Shown: piece after piece, positions 24,831 to 38,734 of the stretch
Layout of the letters: each line of letters opens with the position of its first letter
Numbering within the stretch: the first letter of the stretch is position 1
From: Laetmonice hystrix
Lineage: Eukaryota
Assembly (NCBI GenBank): GCA_965235115.1
Contig: OZ249450.1
Coordinates: 14,942,001 to 15,006,000, forward strand
Direction of reading: 5' to 3'
DNA length: 64,000 bases
Made by a program: the position numbers and the translations under genes
Notes under the pieces: model-generated
What the model saw: only the letters and a program-made list of their open reading frames with translations
Databases searched by the model: none
What the model was told of the DNA's origin: nothing

Positions 24831-27800
24831 CAGCAGACGCCATCTTCACGTGTTCATCCCAACCAACTGATGTTCTTTGACAGATTACCGCGTTTCCTTC
24901 CCTCTAAAATTCATCAACAGCAACTACATCAACCAATCAAATGACTCGTCAAAATGGACATACATCTTGGTACTATATGACCGGAGGAGGATTATGATTG
25001 ATACGCGGCAGATTACTGACAGGTTCATTATATGTGAGTTATGTATCGGTTCATCAAAACCCCCACAATCATGGTCACGAGGAAGAGTTAAGCTTGAGCA
25101 CGCCGGTGGATTAGACATCCTCTAGAAGAGGACACAACATAAAGTCGAATCCCTGCAGGAAGTGAAGGCAAAGAGTTCCCTCAGCGCACCGATTCTCGGA
25201 ATAGGTGTACGTAATCCACAGAAGGAAGAGTTGCATGGCCAAAATGACGAATACAAGAGTCTTCCAGGAAGAGGGTTATGGATTTTACGTTTCAAGGAAG
25301 ATGCCCCATTGAGTTTATCGGTCGAGCTGCCCACGGAGGATTGGCAAAGCCGAGACCTTGGGATTCAGGAGCGCAGCTCTCACTGGTGTTGGAATCCCAG
25401 CTTAACTTGAAAGGGGACGTAGTCTTTTCTTCAAACAGAAGAACTGAGATCCTCAGTAGGCAAGAATATTATCGGAATCCCTCCCTTGGAGACACATATG
25501 TTGTTGGATTCCTGGCCACTCATAATGCAATTCGAACAAAAGTATTTAAAGACGCACACAAACAGCAACCCCTCATGGGTTGCGTCTCATCTACATGGAG
25601 AACGAGCTAGTATCGGCTGAGGCGTCCCCTCTGACCCCAGAGACCTCTGGGATACAGCAAGGCGAGTATCAAGGAAGGGCGCATAGTTCTACTGTGGCCC
25701 AAATGTACAAATTATACGCTCACAAATTGCCCTGGTGAGACGGCATTATTCCTTTACTCCGTTATCAGTTTTATGACTTCTTCTATCTAACTTCCGGTGA
25801 AAGAATAGAAAGACGCCCTCTTTGAAAAAGAAAACAATTCGTCGGAGAAAATATAGAAATCTGTCGACATTTCGAATAGGCTGGACCGCTACGATCATGA
25901 CCACCCCAGGTGATCAAAACTATGTACTTCAGGAGAGAGTACCAAGACCAACTTCATCCATAATGTTATCCTGCATTGGCAGTTCTTCTCTAAAGCTTGA
26001 GTGTATATCTACGACACAGTATCTCCTTCTACTTTCTTTCATGGAATTCTCCCCGCCCGTGTCTTAACGTTCTCAATTCAGCTCACGCTCAAGGGTATGG
26101 TTAAAGTGACTCAGCCAAGGCCCCCGGTTTTTAAATTAATTTCAGCTCCAGATTGAATCAGGCTAGTGGCGGGTCGACATACGCTGGAGCCGGTCAGGTG
26201 TAGCAGCGCCACCGTGCGGCCATGATGAATACAACCGGCCAATGAAATTTCACGTGGCCTGAGCGGGACCATAAGCATAGGACTGCCCTGGCACCAAATT
26301 GATTTAAGGATGGCTGGGCTAAGGTCGTGGAACCAAGTATCCCACACCTAGAAGGCCTCCAGGGACTCGCTGAAAAATTGGATTTCACCCGGGATCTCGA
26401 AGGGGGCAGCTACTGGGGTCAAGAAACCACGAGTCCGGGCCAACCGGAGACCGATGGCAAGGACAGATTCCTTGTAACGGGTAATGAGAAATCCACATGG
26501 ATTGCAGCCGGAGGATAGTTTTACTGATTCGGACAAGATGTGTGCCGTCAAAGACAGATGTAGGAATGCTCCCTTGTGGTGCTACTGTTCTATTAATATT
26601 AATGTTGATTGAGAAGGGAGAACGAGGCTCGTAGAAAGGCCAGCCCAAATTATGGAACCGAGCATAAGATAACTGAGCTGGACATTCTTGCAGACATAGT
26701 GTATAGTGAACAGAGGAGACAACCCACTCTCAGCGGTCCGTTATAAATGCACATTAAAATACATTTTATTGACTTCCAATGCAGTCAACAGAATTCACTT
26801 CATGCTGGTACTTACCGGACTAAACCATGCGTCCCCAGGATGTCAATGGATTTTCAATGGAGAGATGACTTGAAGATGTCACCTCAAAATCAAATAGGGG
26901 CGTGCCAACACTGGCTATCACGAATTTGCTTATGCTTCATTCACGGTGTTTCATCTACAGTTTGGGAGTTTAAATCGCCTGGCTCTCATGTCGGAAAGCG
27001 TCAAAATCCAGACTCATAACAACGTATGTGCCACCAATAGTACGAGCCTATAGTTAGGTGTCCAGGTTCCTATTTTAACAGTTTAGGGGAGAAAAGGGTG
27101 GAACGAGAATTGGGCTCTGCCCTGCCATTCGATCACCAGCTCAAACACAATCGGCTTTCAGAGACGTCTAAAGACGCTGCGATCTGACTACATATTTTTG
27201 ATTTACGTTATAAGTGTGAGAGTCCGAGACCAAAACAACGGATTTATGACCGTATCAGTACAAACTGATTCTCCTCCGGCAACAACCTTAGATCACACCG
27301 AAATATTCTAATAACATCGCCGGACACAAACGTCCCCGGCCAGTCGATCCTTTACAAATCGGCTCACGGGGAGACATCCTGAACGTCATCATTGAGATGA
27401 AGACTGCCTGTCGGCGACAGTACCAGCAATAGGACGAACAAGCCGCCAGTCCACTGCATACGGCATTAGCCGAAATCCCTACCGCTCGTCCAAGACAGGC
27501 CTAAGCCGTCGACTGTAACGTCAGGATCGACCTCGGTGCTGTCAGGGCCGAACAACGGGACGATGGGGGCGGATCCAATGTCGACTGTTCAAACTCTGGA
27601 TGGGCCGACGATCCTCGCAGTGACAATCTGACAACACTTGTGATCGCCAGTAACCAGCAGGATATTTATCACATGACCTGGTAACGCTGGATACCCTCCC
27701 CCTGTTTGCCATGGTGGTAGAAGTGCACACATCAGTTGGTTACATCTATCACACTTTACAAGACATATATGACACACGGTGTGTCATGCGATAAAATGTG

Positions 27801-30800
27801 AAACAATGTAGCATCAGAAAATGAATTATTGTCGGTTAATGCAGAGTAAAGTGGTTGCCTCGGTCGAACAAGGGTTAGGGGGTGGACTTGTGAAATGGGG
27901 GGGGGGGGGGGGAGGGTCGGTGGAGGACACGAGGACTGTGTGAGGGGAACCTTATATCGAGAGGCAGTATACAAGAGTCGGCCATTAACGCCATCTGTCG
28001 AGTGTGATCATCAAGCTCCGACATAAGAACGCTCAGGGTGGTCCTCTGTCATGTTGTGGAGATGTAGGAGACTTCACCGGATTTACTCACTGTATATCAT
28101 ACTCTATGTGTCTCCTGACTTCTCTCTAATTAAATCAGAGTGAAAAACCTACTGTTGGAATACACTGTGTCACATCATCATGGTCGTGATCGAATTAAGA
28201 AGATAGCAAAGATTTAGATGAGTGATTCTTTTTTTATTGATAAGGTATTTATGCTCTATGATTACGAAGAGAATGGAATGGAAAACAAAAAAAAAATATC
28301 AAAGTCTAGAAGAAAACCTGAGGGAGAACGGGAAATATAAACCTGAAAATCTGTCCTCCATAAACGACATCGAGCTAGTGGGAATATTCTTCGAAATGGA
28401 ATCGACAATTTTGCCCGTTGGAGACACTGCAATATAATTCAGTGTGCTTTTGGCTTCTGGAGCCCGAGGCGCCTGCTGAGGCAGAACGGCCCATTTCCGG
28501 GATGTTTTTCCCCAGGGACGAGTCCTTAAAGCATCCTCACTCGATTTGTTTCAAATGAGCTTTGGGCAGTATGAAAACGTCTACAACTGTTAAAATATAA
28601 CATGGCGGTCCAACATTAAATACGGACAAATCTCTATGTCAAAAAAAAACATTTCTTCGCATCCCACCGTTATATGGAAGGACTTAAACGTAAATCATTA
28701 TTCTCTGACACTGCAATGACAGAGAGAAATACCATTTTATTTCTTCGACAACTCCTGTAAATAGGCAACGATGAAGGGCACTTGAACGCCATTCTTCGCT
28801 CACCTCCCACGTGACCAATAGCGAGAACACGCACGAGAACAGCGACCCACGTGGCCTCTAAGCGTCGCAACACATTACGGCTCTTTGACCTCTCGCGAGA
28901 CTTGGTGCTGCCAATCCAATGGAGGTTCAGGAAAGGCCACTCTGAATGCGTCCTAATTCAAGACTGGGAGACCCCTATGCCTTTGTTATCAGCGGTCGAT
29001 ACGTCTCCTGGGGCCATTTTCATCTGCCATCACGAACCGCCACCGATTCAAGTCCCTAATTTTCTCCTCTTGATCGCTTCTCCAACCTCCGCCATATGTA
29101 GCACCGCCATCACTTGATTATTTTCCAAGCGGCTAATTTCACAATTTAGCTGCCTTGTTCCGCGAGCCATGCATGTATTGACTTTTTCCTCAGAATACGT
29201 ATAGTAAAGAAAGTCAATTTGATTTAATAGTAGCATTGGAGTAGTGTATGATCGATACGACAAGGCGCTACTCAGGTGAGTCCTGCTTCAAAAGGTCTCA
29301 GACGTTCTCCTCTCATCACTGGAAAGACTCCGCATCCGTTAATTATAGTCGGTTCACAAGAACATAATTTTCATTAATGCAAAAGTGGCAAGTGAAAGTT
29401 GTCCCTCCATAGTCATTATAAACTATCAGTTAGGGGTGGAGTTATATCTAAATTCAAACTGCAAATTATGGAAAGAAAATCGACGTTCAGTCGGTCGGCA
29501 TATAGAACGATGATATCAAACTCCATAAAATGGATGATACTTCTCGGAGCAGTATCCAGATACATAGATCGGCAACCGTTTAGTCTTCTATTAGGACCAG
29601 AAATGCCAACTTCAAAGGGGATAAAAGTTCCCAACCGTTTTTTAATCAGACGCGATCACGCCAGAGATTTGCCTCGAACCACCTCGACGGGCTGTCACTT
29701 TGATCTAGTGGAATTCTCCGATATGATTTCAATTTTTGTGGATTGCGTGCGACTATTATTGTCGGCGGTGGTTTTTCAGAAGTGTGGGGGGTGGTGAGAC
29801 ACGCAAGGTACTGTGTGTCATCTCTTGGGCGGATCTGATCTGTTCTACCTCCAAACACAACACTATTATCGGATTAACGGGTCATCTCTGACGTTTACCG
29901 CCCGGGCAGACACGGGGCGGGATGAGGAGAGATTAGGGACAAAACGGAGTAACGAAGGCAAGCGAAAAATTGACACTCAGGATGTGGGGCGGGACTAGAC
30001 GTCATAAGTGGACGATGGGTAATCGTGATTTTACGCCAGATTGGCAATCAAGGGCATGGGACGGAGGGAGGGGGGCAAAGTATGAACATTAAGGACATTG
30101 GACAGGAGTACACGCACGGTATGTGTTATAGACAGCATCTCACGGTCCAGGAGGCACAGCAAAGAGTATTTGCTGTTTCACACGACTGGCCACGCTGTAT
30201 CACCACAAACCAGTATAGATCTATTGCATCTATTCTCGTTGTTGCAGTGTACTATCTCTAAATCCGAAGAACAGCAGTTCAAACACAAGGCGCTTTCCCT
30301 GCACAGGACAATCTTTTATGAGTGCCCTGAAGGTCATAAAATATGTAATCGCGGGGTTTCAACGATCCGTCACATTGAGGATAAAGTAGGCCATTATCAT
30401 TGCAATCGACATGCCTCCATATCCGGGACCTTTGTACGAGACTTGGGGCTGTAGAATTAGTCTCGGCTGGCCCGTGGTGTTGGCGTCATTCGGACGTGAT
30501 GTACACAGCCCGCCTCTCGTCTCCCGACCGACTGATCTTTACTATCTCGGCCCCATCAGCTCCACCCTCTCTATGACCTTTTATTTCCTTACCATTGTAT
30601 TTTATGAAAGACGTGCCTGCGCGGTGGAACATTGCCATGCTATATTATAGGACGAGACACCTGAACTCCACTCCATGTTCGGATAGCAGGGGTACGCGGA
30701 CAAATCATACTTACTACACCAGCGCCTCTGGTGGTCCACTTTATTTTGGCCTTTATCTTGAAAATGGCTAAAGTTACTATCCTGCACAGATATAGGAAAT

Positions 30801-31467
30801 GATGGATGAGGATTCAGTTAGCACTATTTTATTTGACCCTGGGTAAGTTTCAAAGGTGAATTTAGCTCAGCTATCTCTTCAACGGCACATAATCATGTGT
30901 ATTCAATTCAAACCTCACCCTGGTCCCCACATCTAATGTTCGCATGGTTAATACTGATAATAATTACGAAAGGGCACACAACATGTGTCCACTATGTCCT
31001 GTCCAGGACATTTGCATTCAAACAGTGTAGATCCGATCTACTTCCAATCAGCCGAACTAGGTGACCGACATCCGGTGGAGATTGGACATCCGGTGGAGAT
31101 TGGTTGAGTGTTGTCATGTCCACTCCAGGTGGCTTCTTCGATAATGGCGCCAACGAACACTTGTCGCGTGACTTCACGATAGTTTGAGGCCATGGCTGCG
31201 ACCGATATGAACACCTAGCGACTAAATGGGAAGTTAATTGACTTCGACTGTCAAGGAGCCGGCAACGGGACAATCTCCAGGCGCATCTTTAGGCAACGTT
31301 ACTGTAAAAACGTTTCTAAAAAATTATCGTTGATGTGTCGGGATATATCTATGCATAACTGCTAAACATTTTAATGGAGCCAATCTGTAATGTTCGCTAC
31401 TAAAGTCCATTCATTCATTTGTTCAATCATTCATTTATTTATTCATTTATGTGAAAATTATTAACTG

Positions 31468-31871
31468 ACAGAGATAACTGTAACGGAGTAGAAGGACCCA
31501 GACGGTAACTTACAGAGATAACTGTAACGAAGTAGAAGGACCCAGACGGTAACTTACAGAGACAACTGTAACGGAGTAGAAGGACCCAGACGGTGACTTA
31601 CAGAGATAACTGTAACAGATAGAAGAACCCAGACGGTAACTTACAGAGACAACTGTAACAGAGTAGAAGGACCCAGACGGTAACTTACAGAGATAACTGT
31701 AACGGAGTAGAAGGACCCAGACGATAACTTACAGAGACAACTGTAACAGAGTAGAAGGACCCAGACGATGACTTACAGAGACAACTGTAACGGAGTAGAA
31801 GAACCCAGACGGTAACTTACAGAGATAACTGTAACGGAGTAGAAGAACCCAGACGGTGACTTACAGAGACA
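31468..31871. repeat. Minisatellite, 44-bp unit, about 9 copies
   Basis: Unit CTTACAGAGA(T/C)AACTGTAAC(G/A)GAGTAGAAG(G/A)ACCCAGACG(G/A)T(A/G)A is tandemly repeated. Confidence 0.97.
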
Positions 31872-34699
31872 CACACTAACGGCAATTCGGTCCTGAAACC
31901 CAATTCTTGCACTATCGACCATCTCACGAGAAACAACGAGACAGTCCTACGCGGAGCAATTGTGGACGTTGACGAATGCTTGCACGGAACTTTAGTCCGT
32001 TGGAAACATTCCTTACTACAATGTTTACTGTTGACACACGGCTACATGAGGTTCAATTCCACCAGACTCCTTGGAATCCTCTCACGCGCTCCGGCTCTCG
32101 CGTGGATTACCGTAACGCGAGACTGGCAGTTGGTTCCGTCGAACGCGGCTGTTGTCAGTTCTCGTCGTGAGTGAGACACAACCGCCGAGAACGGCTCCTC
32201 CAACAGAAACCTGGCAAGGCACACTCACTTGTAGATGAAATGCGACTGACGCCATGTTTACTCTGGGATTTTCAGTCGAGAAGGAGCAGCTCTTCCGGTG
32301 CTAAAGTTAGCCCGACCTGAACCAACAGTACGACTCTATCTTCAAAACGCCTTACAGCCGTGCAGTACATGAGCAAATTGCTACCGTTAACTTTTTCGAA
32401 GAAATCCACTGTAATTAACTTCAGGTGACAAAACGGGGTGGACTATGGATCTCGCAATTTCCCGACTCGCCTGGAATGCTTTTGCTTGAATTACGTTGTA
32501 GACCTAAAGTTTTTTGGCCCACTGGTCCGTTTGAGTGACTGGCTCTACTTGTGTACAACAAGCTACCCTCAGTGCTTCCCAATAGATAACCCATCTGGCC
32601 GCCTGCCACTGACAGGTTAGTTTCTCACCAATCTCGACTATGATCTTGATGAACCCCGTCTCCATGCTGGGATGAGCTGCCTTGACCAGGTCCCACCGAC
32701 AGGCCCGTCCGGTCCAGGGCAGTCTCAGCCGGGCGCCGTGACGGGGGGCCACTGGCCTCCGGGACCGGAGTGACCTGACCCTGAGTAGTCTATGGAAAGG
32801 ACGGTTTGGAGCGGGCGGGCCTGATTGCTGGGGAATTACGGTGCGCGTGATAACGTGCGCTGGGTTGAGGCCGCCATCGGTGACCGACTTCCCTGATTTG
32901 ACCGGTGCTAGTAGACCACTGCCTGTCTCTTAAACACGTGACGAGGAAAGGGCGAGTAGCTCGGGCTGACCGCAATAAGACCGAGGGGGCTGGATGGTGG
33001 TGGGGGGGGGGGGAGGCTCAGGGGTTTGGGGTGCGTCAGGCGCTTGTGTCCAGACATGCCGTTTGCATTCGCATTGACAATAATATGAAAAGCAGACAAG
33101 GCCACTCGTCATAGTTTTGCAGACTGCAGTAGACGCTGTCATAACACCATAATATGAGGAAGATTGTATTATTGTCCCATGTACCCCATCAATTCGCCAT
33201 ATATACCGCGTCCTCTGGATCAATATGTGTACATGACAATAACAACCTACATGAAGATGAACTGAAAATGTTTCTAAGAGCTAATCGATCTTAGCTCCCT
33301 AACGTCGAGGCTGGCAGTGCACTGGGCCGACACTGTTAAATAATCACGGTTTCCGAGTGAACGAAATGACCAGCCTTAATGTGAGGGGTATAATAAACAA
33401 CCCCGCTTTACCGTCACAACCCCATAGAGGCAACCACCCGCGTCCCTGCAGGTTCGATTCCTGCTGTCAGGTAGCCTTGTTAACAATGATTACCGGATCT
33501 CTGAGCTACATTTCGTGTGACATTTGGCTCCATTCCAGACCTTCCATGCTTTTGAGCGTGCAGGCACTGGTAGCTGATGGTCAGAAAGCTTAGCTCTCCT
33601 GGGGTGGAAAGATTGTGGGGTGGGCAGATTGTGGGGTTGGGCCAGGGGTTTTTAAGTATCCCTATACCTGTGAGCTACCAGGAACATGCAGTTTGTCGGT
33701 TGATTAAAACCTGGTGTGGTGATTGGACAGGATGTCGGGCAGGCGGGTACAGCCGGGCGAGTCCAGCAGTCGTGTTTCTTGCAAGGCTCTTCGTGCTGAA
33801 GAAGGGAACTGGTACTGGTAATAAAGCTGAACGAATATCATTCTCTTCAAAATCACTCCAGCGCTAAACAACAGATGTTCATTGTAACTACTGCACCAAA
33901 ACCACCACTTGGTTAAGAGGTACGTCTGGGTGAGGAGGGTGGGTGGGCGAGGAGGAACGGTTCCTGCAAGATCCGCAATCCAGTAGATGGAATGCAGTCT
34001 AATTATGCACCCCCCCCCCTTCCCAAGTGTTTTCTCGTCAATAGGCGTGGCCCTAGAACCATCTCCCGACCTGCTACCCTCCCCACCCTCTCTCACCCCC
34101 ATTTCGGGGTAGAAACCCTTGCTGCCACAGTCCCTTCCCACTCCAGCAGTGCGAATTCAACTGCAAGGAAAGGCAGCGACCCTGTACAGACTGCTGTCCC
34201 TACACAATTAGCCTTGTAGCCGTACCCAGGCCGATTCCACCTTGTGTCTGATAAGTAATTGATAGAGTATATTGGACCGAAGGCTGGCCTAGCATCCAGG
34301 CTAGCTAGCCATCGGTCACTTGGCACGTTCCGTCTATATGTATCCGTTCCCGTCGTGACCACCCGCATTTAGAATTAATTAATCTCGTATCAATAGCTCC
34401 GTCTGTGTTCTACCACAGGCTAATTAAGTATTGGACACAAACAGGGATTTGAGTTCTGGCTGTTGCTTTTAAGCGGCACCGGTAGGTTGGCAATTTCGCC
34501 GCTGCTCGCGTCATTCCAGGCAAACTTCATTACACGAATCGTGTAGGGGCGTATCATGTACAGAGCCATTAAAAGCACAGCGACCTATAGTCAGGTGATC
34601 AAAGTCTAGGTTCAACGTCAGCGAAACGTGCAGCATTGACGAAAGTGGCTGTCTCAACATTCCCAGGCGTAATTGGACTTATATTGTTCTTTTTTTTGT

Positions 34700-34882
34700 N
34701 NNNNNNNNNNNNNNNNNNNNNNNNNNNNNNNNNNNNNNNNNNNNNNNNNNNNNNNNNNNNNNNNNNNNNNNNNNNNNNNNNNNNNNNNNNNNNNNNNNNN
34801 NNNNNNNNNNNNNNNNNNNNNNNNNNNNNNNNNNNNNNNNNNNNNNNNNNNNNNNNNNNNNNNNNNNNNNNNNNNNNNNNNN
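34700..34882. other. Assembly gap, 183 N
   Basis: Run of N. ORFs crossing it are artefacts. Confidence 1.
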
Positions 34883-36231
34883 CAAGTGACTGTAAACCAA
34901 CCGACAGAGGATGCGAGAAACACCAAAAGCTGGCGTTATCGAAATACCTCTACATGTTTACCACTGGTATCATACTCCTCGGTCCGCTTATATTGGCGAG
35001 ACAGCAGAACTGGATTCATTTTGTTCCATGTTCCGTATCGGAGAGGATATTGCCATCCACGTAAGGGAACACTCCTCTTGGATCAAAGCCGTCAGCCGTG
35101 GACGAGGGCGCCACGATGACGCTCCGTGAGAGTGTGTCTCTCCTGTATCATTCCGCCAGGAGTTATCTTATCTGTAGTTAATGATGCTGCCACCTCGGTG
35201 GTGGCTTACACGTCACAGAACCCCATGGGTACACCCCGGGGCCTGAGACGGGTGAGTAGGCTGGCTGGGGTGGGTGGTCGAAGGTCGGGCTCTGGGGTGC
35301 ATGGAGGTCGATATCAGGCAGAGAAACGGGTAAACGGGTATCATGGTACAATGAAATCCCAGTAAGACCTACAATACATTTTATCCAACTTCCGCCGCGC
35401 GACCTGACCACCGGAAGTGATACCAGGGGGCGCTGTAACCGCTAGGCCGTCTATAACAGTACAGGCGGCTTCTCTCGACATCTCGTCTGCCTCCCGTTTT
35501 AAAGTCATCCAAACTTTTTGCTCTTTGCTGCTGCAGCCCTCGTCAAGTCCTGAGCAAATAGGCCTCTGCTGAGAGTAGGCAATCGATTGATCTATTTTCC
35601 CCTCGATAGGGTAGAAATGGGCGCACGTGCGTGGGAACACCAAAATCGCAGACGCATAAGGACCTGGATTTTCTGGTTCACGTCACATCTGGACTTGGTG
35701 TAGGAATCGGGCGTCGGGATCTATAACTGGCGGATCGTTCCCCGTAAGATACCCTTCAACCATTCGGCCAGGCTTGGCTTTGTGTTGGTGGTCGTGGCAT
35801 CTCGGTGCCACAATGAAATCTTCCACTTATGACGTGGAGGCTGTCCCGGTCGAGTAGCGGCGAAAGGATGCTCACACCCTAAAGCGGAAGGTATTCAGTT
35901 TCGGCCCTCAGACAGAGAATTCCATGGAATTGGCGCCATCGGAAATGGAACAGAGAAGGGCGGCAATTGGCCAATCTCAGCACGCAACTTTGGCGTGGTA
36001 TGGTTTGCATAGAAATCGCTCCGATTCGTGTTATGCTGCCAACCCGTTGCGCAATGACATGGAAAATTCTCGGGACTGTCCGGTGGTTTCATTGCACTGT
36101 CTAGAGCTCGAGGGTGTCGAGCGGAGACTCGGCGACCTCCCCAAACAACGTCTCCTTGTTTGATTGTATCACACTGATTTGTAGTTCTGTTGAGACACCC
36201 TGGTCCTTGTCACTCGGCTACATCACCGAAT

Positions 36232-37111
36232 ACGTCTGCCTGTAGGCCCATTGCTATACTCCAACTCCAGAACGGCCCACGTGAAAACGTCTGCCTGTAG
36301 GCCCATTGCTATACTGGGACTCTGCATACTACACGTCCTGAACGGCCACCAGAACGGCTCACATGAAAACGTCTGCCTGTAGGCCCATTCCTATACTGGG
36401 ACTCTGCACACTACACCTCCTGAACGGCCACCAGAACGGTCCACATGAAAACGTCTGCCTGTAGGCCCATTCCTATACTGGGACTCTGCACATTACACCT
36501 CCTGAACGGCCACCAGAACGGCTCACATGAAAACGTCTGCCTGTAGGCCCATTCCTATACTGGGACTCTGCATACTACAGGTCATGAACGGCCACCAGAA
36601 CGGCTCACATGAAAACGTCTGCCTGTAGGCCCATTCCTATACTGGGACTCTGCATACTACAGGTCATGAACGGCCACCAGAACGGCTCATATGAAAACGT
36701 CTGCCTGTAGGCCCATTCCTATACTGGGACTCTGCACACCTCACGTCCTGAACGGCCACCAGAACGGCTCATATGAAAACGTCTGCCTGTAGGCCCATTC
36801 TTATACTGGGACTCTGCACACCTCACGTCCTGAACGGCCACCAGAACGGCTCACATGAAAACGTCTGCCTGTAGGCCCATTCCTATACTGGGACTCTGCA
36901 TACTACAGGTCATGAACGGCCACCAGAACGGTCCACATGAAAACGTCTGCCTGTAGGCCCATTCCTATACTGGGACTCTGCATACTACAGGTCATGAACG
37001 GCCACCAGAACGGCTCACATGAAAACGTCTGCCTGTAGGCCCATTCCTATACTCGGACTCTGCATACTACACGTCCTGAACGGCCACCAGAACGGTCCAC
37101 ATGAAAACGTC
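36232..37111. repeat. Minisatellite, 82-bp unit, 10 full copies plus a truncated first unit
   Basis: Unit GAAAACGTCTGCCTGTAGGCCCATTCCTATACTGGGACTCTGCA-[variable 12 nt]-TGAACGGCCACCAGAACGGCTCACAT recurs with an exact 82-bp period. Confidence 0.98.
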
Positions 37112-38734
37112 CAAGTATAATACCGTCTGTCAGTGTCTTCCATACCCGTGTTTTGTCCTCCATGGAACTTGGAAATCCGATTACCTACATATCAGCAAAT
37201 ATCATAGATGGACACTAAAAGCAACGATCAGAGTAAATTGCATCTTTGCCTCTCATTAGCAGTAAGGTATGAGGTTGTAAATTTGTAAATTGCCCTTTAC
37301 TTTTCAGGAAATGCGGGCCCCAATGTTTTGTGCCAATTTATATTTCAGTCCCCATATCATGTTTGAGTCCACGAATCAAAAAACGCATTGTTGGGTGACT
37401 TCCTCGTGAGACTGAGAGAAAATACCAATATGCTAAAGACGACTCCTGACTGTAGACTAGAACAGCAGGACCGTCCGACACAAAGAAGTGTATCCACCTT
37501 GACTATCACCTGTTCTATTTCTTTGTGTCTGTGTTAGAACCCTGTGGCATTAAATAGATGAATCTACACCGATATTATTCTATGAAACACACAACCTAAT
37601 CAAACCCACAACTTCTGACCTGATTGCTTCCCCACTGTTTCTAATCAATTCTTATTTGCTCCAGGAAATGAAAACTCTCGGCTGGGAGTGCAAATTCACT
37701 TCCGTCCGGTGAGCACACACGCCCGATTTCTGCTCGGTTCAGGGGAGAGGTCATAGTGTCGAGGATGTTCGTGGGGTTACCCTTCCCTTCTGAAACAAGG
37801 TATAACAATCTAACATTGGAAGACTTCTGGCAATTTGTGATATTATATCCTTCTTGTTTGCAGAGACGTCTGAGATCAAATGCAAAGTCAAATATCTACG
37901 CAGTAGCCATATCATCAATATACTGCGAAGTCCCATCCGGCTGAGACATCTTTGCGTAGTGCGGAAGCCGGCCATGCAGAGGTATACGCCCCGAAAATAA
38001 ACGAAGGATGGCGTTAGAAACGTTTGAAATCGCGTTGCATTTGAAAAATCAGTTTTTTTATGTGTACATAATACCAGTAGAGCACCGAATGCTTGCCACG
38101 AATAAAAACCCTCCGAGACTGGCAGCGTTCTGGCCACCACGTACCGGGGTCAACTCAAAGTCTGTGGGGGTAACCACAGGATTCTCTCGGCCTCTAACGT
38201 TTTCAACACCGTACACAGTTCTCTTCAATAGGAATGGTATCTAGATGCAGGCCTGTGGGGCCTCTGGGACGGAGTCTCGCCAATTTGCTAAAATGGTACA
38301 AAAACGGCGCGAGGAAGGCGTCGATATGGTTGCTATGGAATCACTTGGGACGTGGTCGTTGCTTCCGGATGGTACTGGTTTGACGAGACTGGCAGCTAAT
38401 CACTTCACCATCACCAGGCAACAAAAATGTCGTTATCTATAGAAACTTATTACGTCACACTCAAATACGTCATGACGTCATATTTCCACGTTCTTAATAC
38501 AAGAGGGGCTCGGACCTCATTTAAGGGTATCTATGTAAACCACTGCATTGCGGATAAAAAAAACTGACGATATTTCCGACTCAGGCCTGCCTGAAGATTC
38601 TATCTAATAATTTAAATGTCAAGTGAGGTAGCGTTCAAATAACCAACTTCTCGGAAAACGAGGGTACAGACACATATATAACAGAGAAAGAAACTTCCCT
38701 CCCCTGACTTCCCGTATACCTCTCCCGGAGGTTA

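Noticed and set aside
25505-25522. RNase H motif WIPGHS
   Set aside because: Five-residue match in a stop-rich frame, without the other RNase H motifs.
33446-33462. tRNA gene from a perfect T-arm GCAGG-TTCGATT-CCTGC; also an A-box-like stretch near 10207
   Set aside because: No acceptor stem, D-arm or anticodon arm can be built; at most these are decayed SINE heads.
34636-35119. ORFs spanning 34.6-35.1 kb
   Set aside because: Artefacts of the N gap.
34911-35129. GIY-YIG endonuclease (YIGET...REH) of a Penelope-like element
   Set aside because: Spacing between YIGET and R..EH is about twice the usual, and no RT lies nearby.
36232-37111. CRISPR array (also considered for the 86-, 44- and 23-bp arrays)
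   Set aside because: Units are head-to-tail with no unique spacers, the variable parts are related and reused, there are no cas genes, and the context is eukaryotic.
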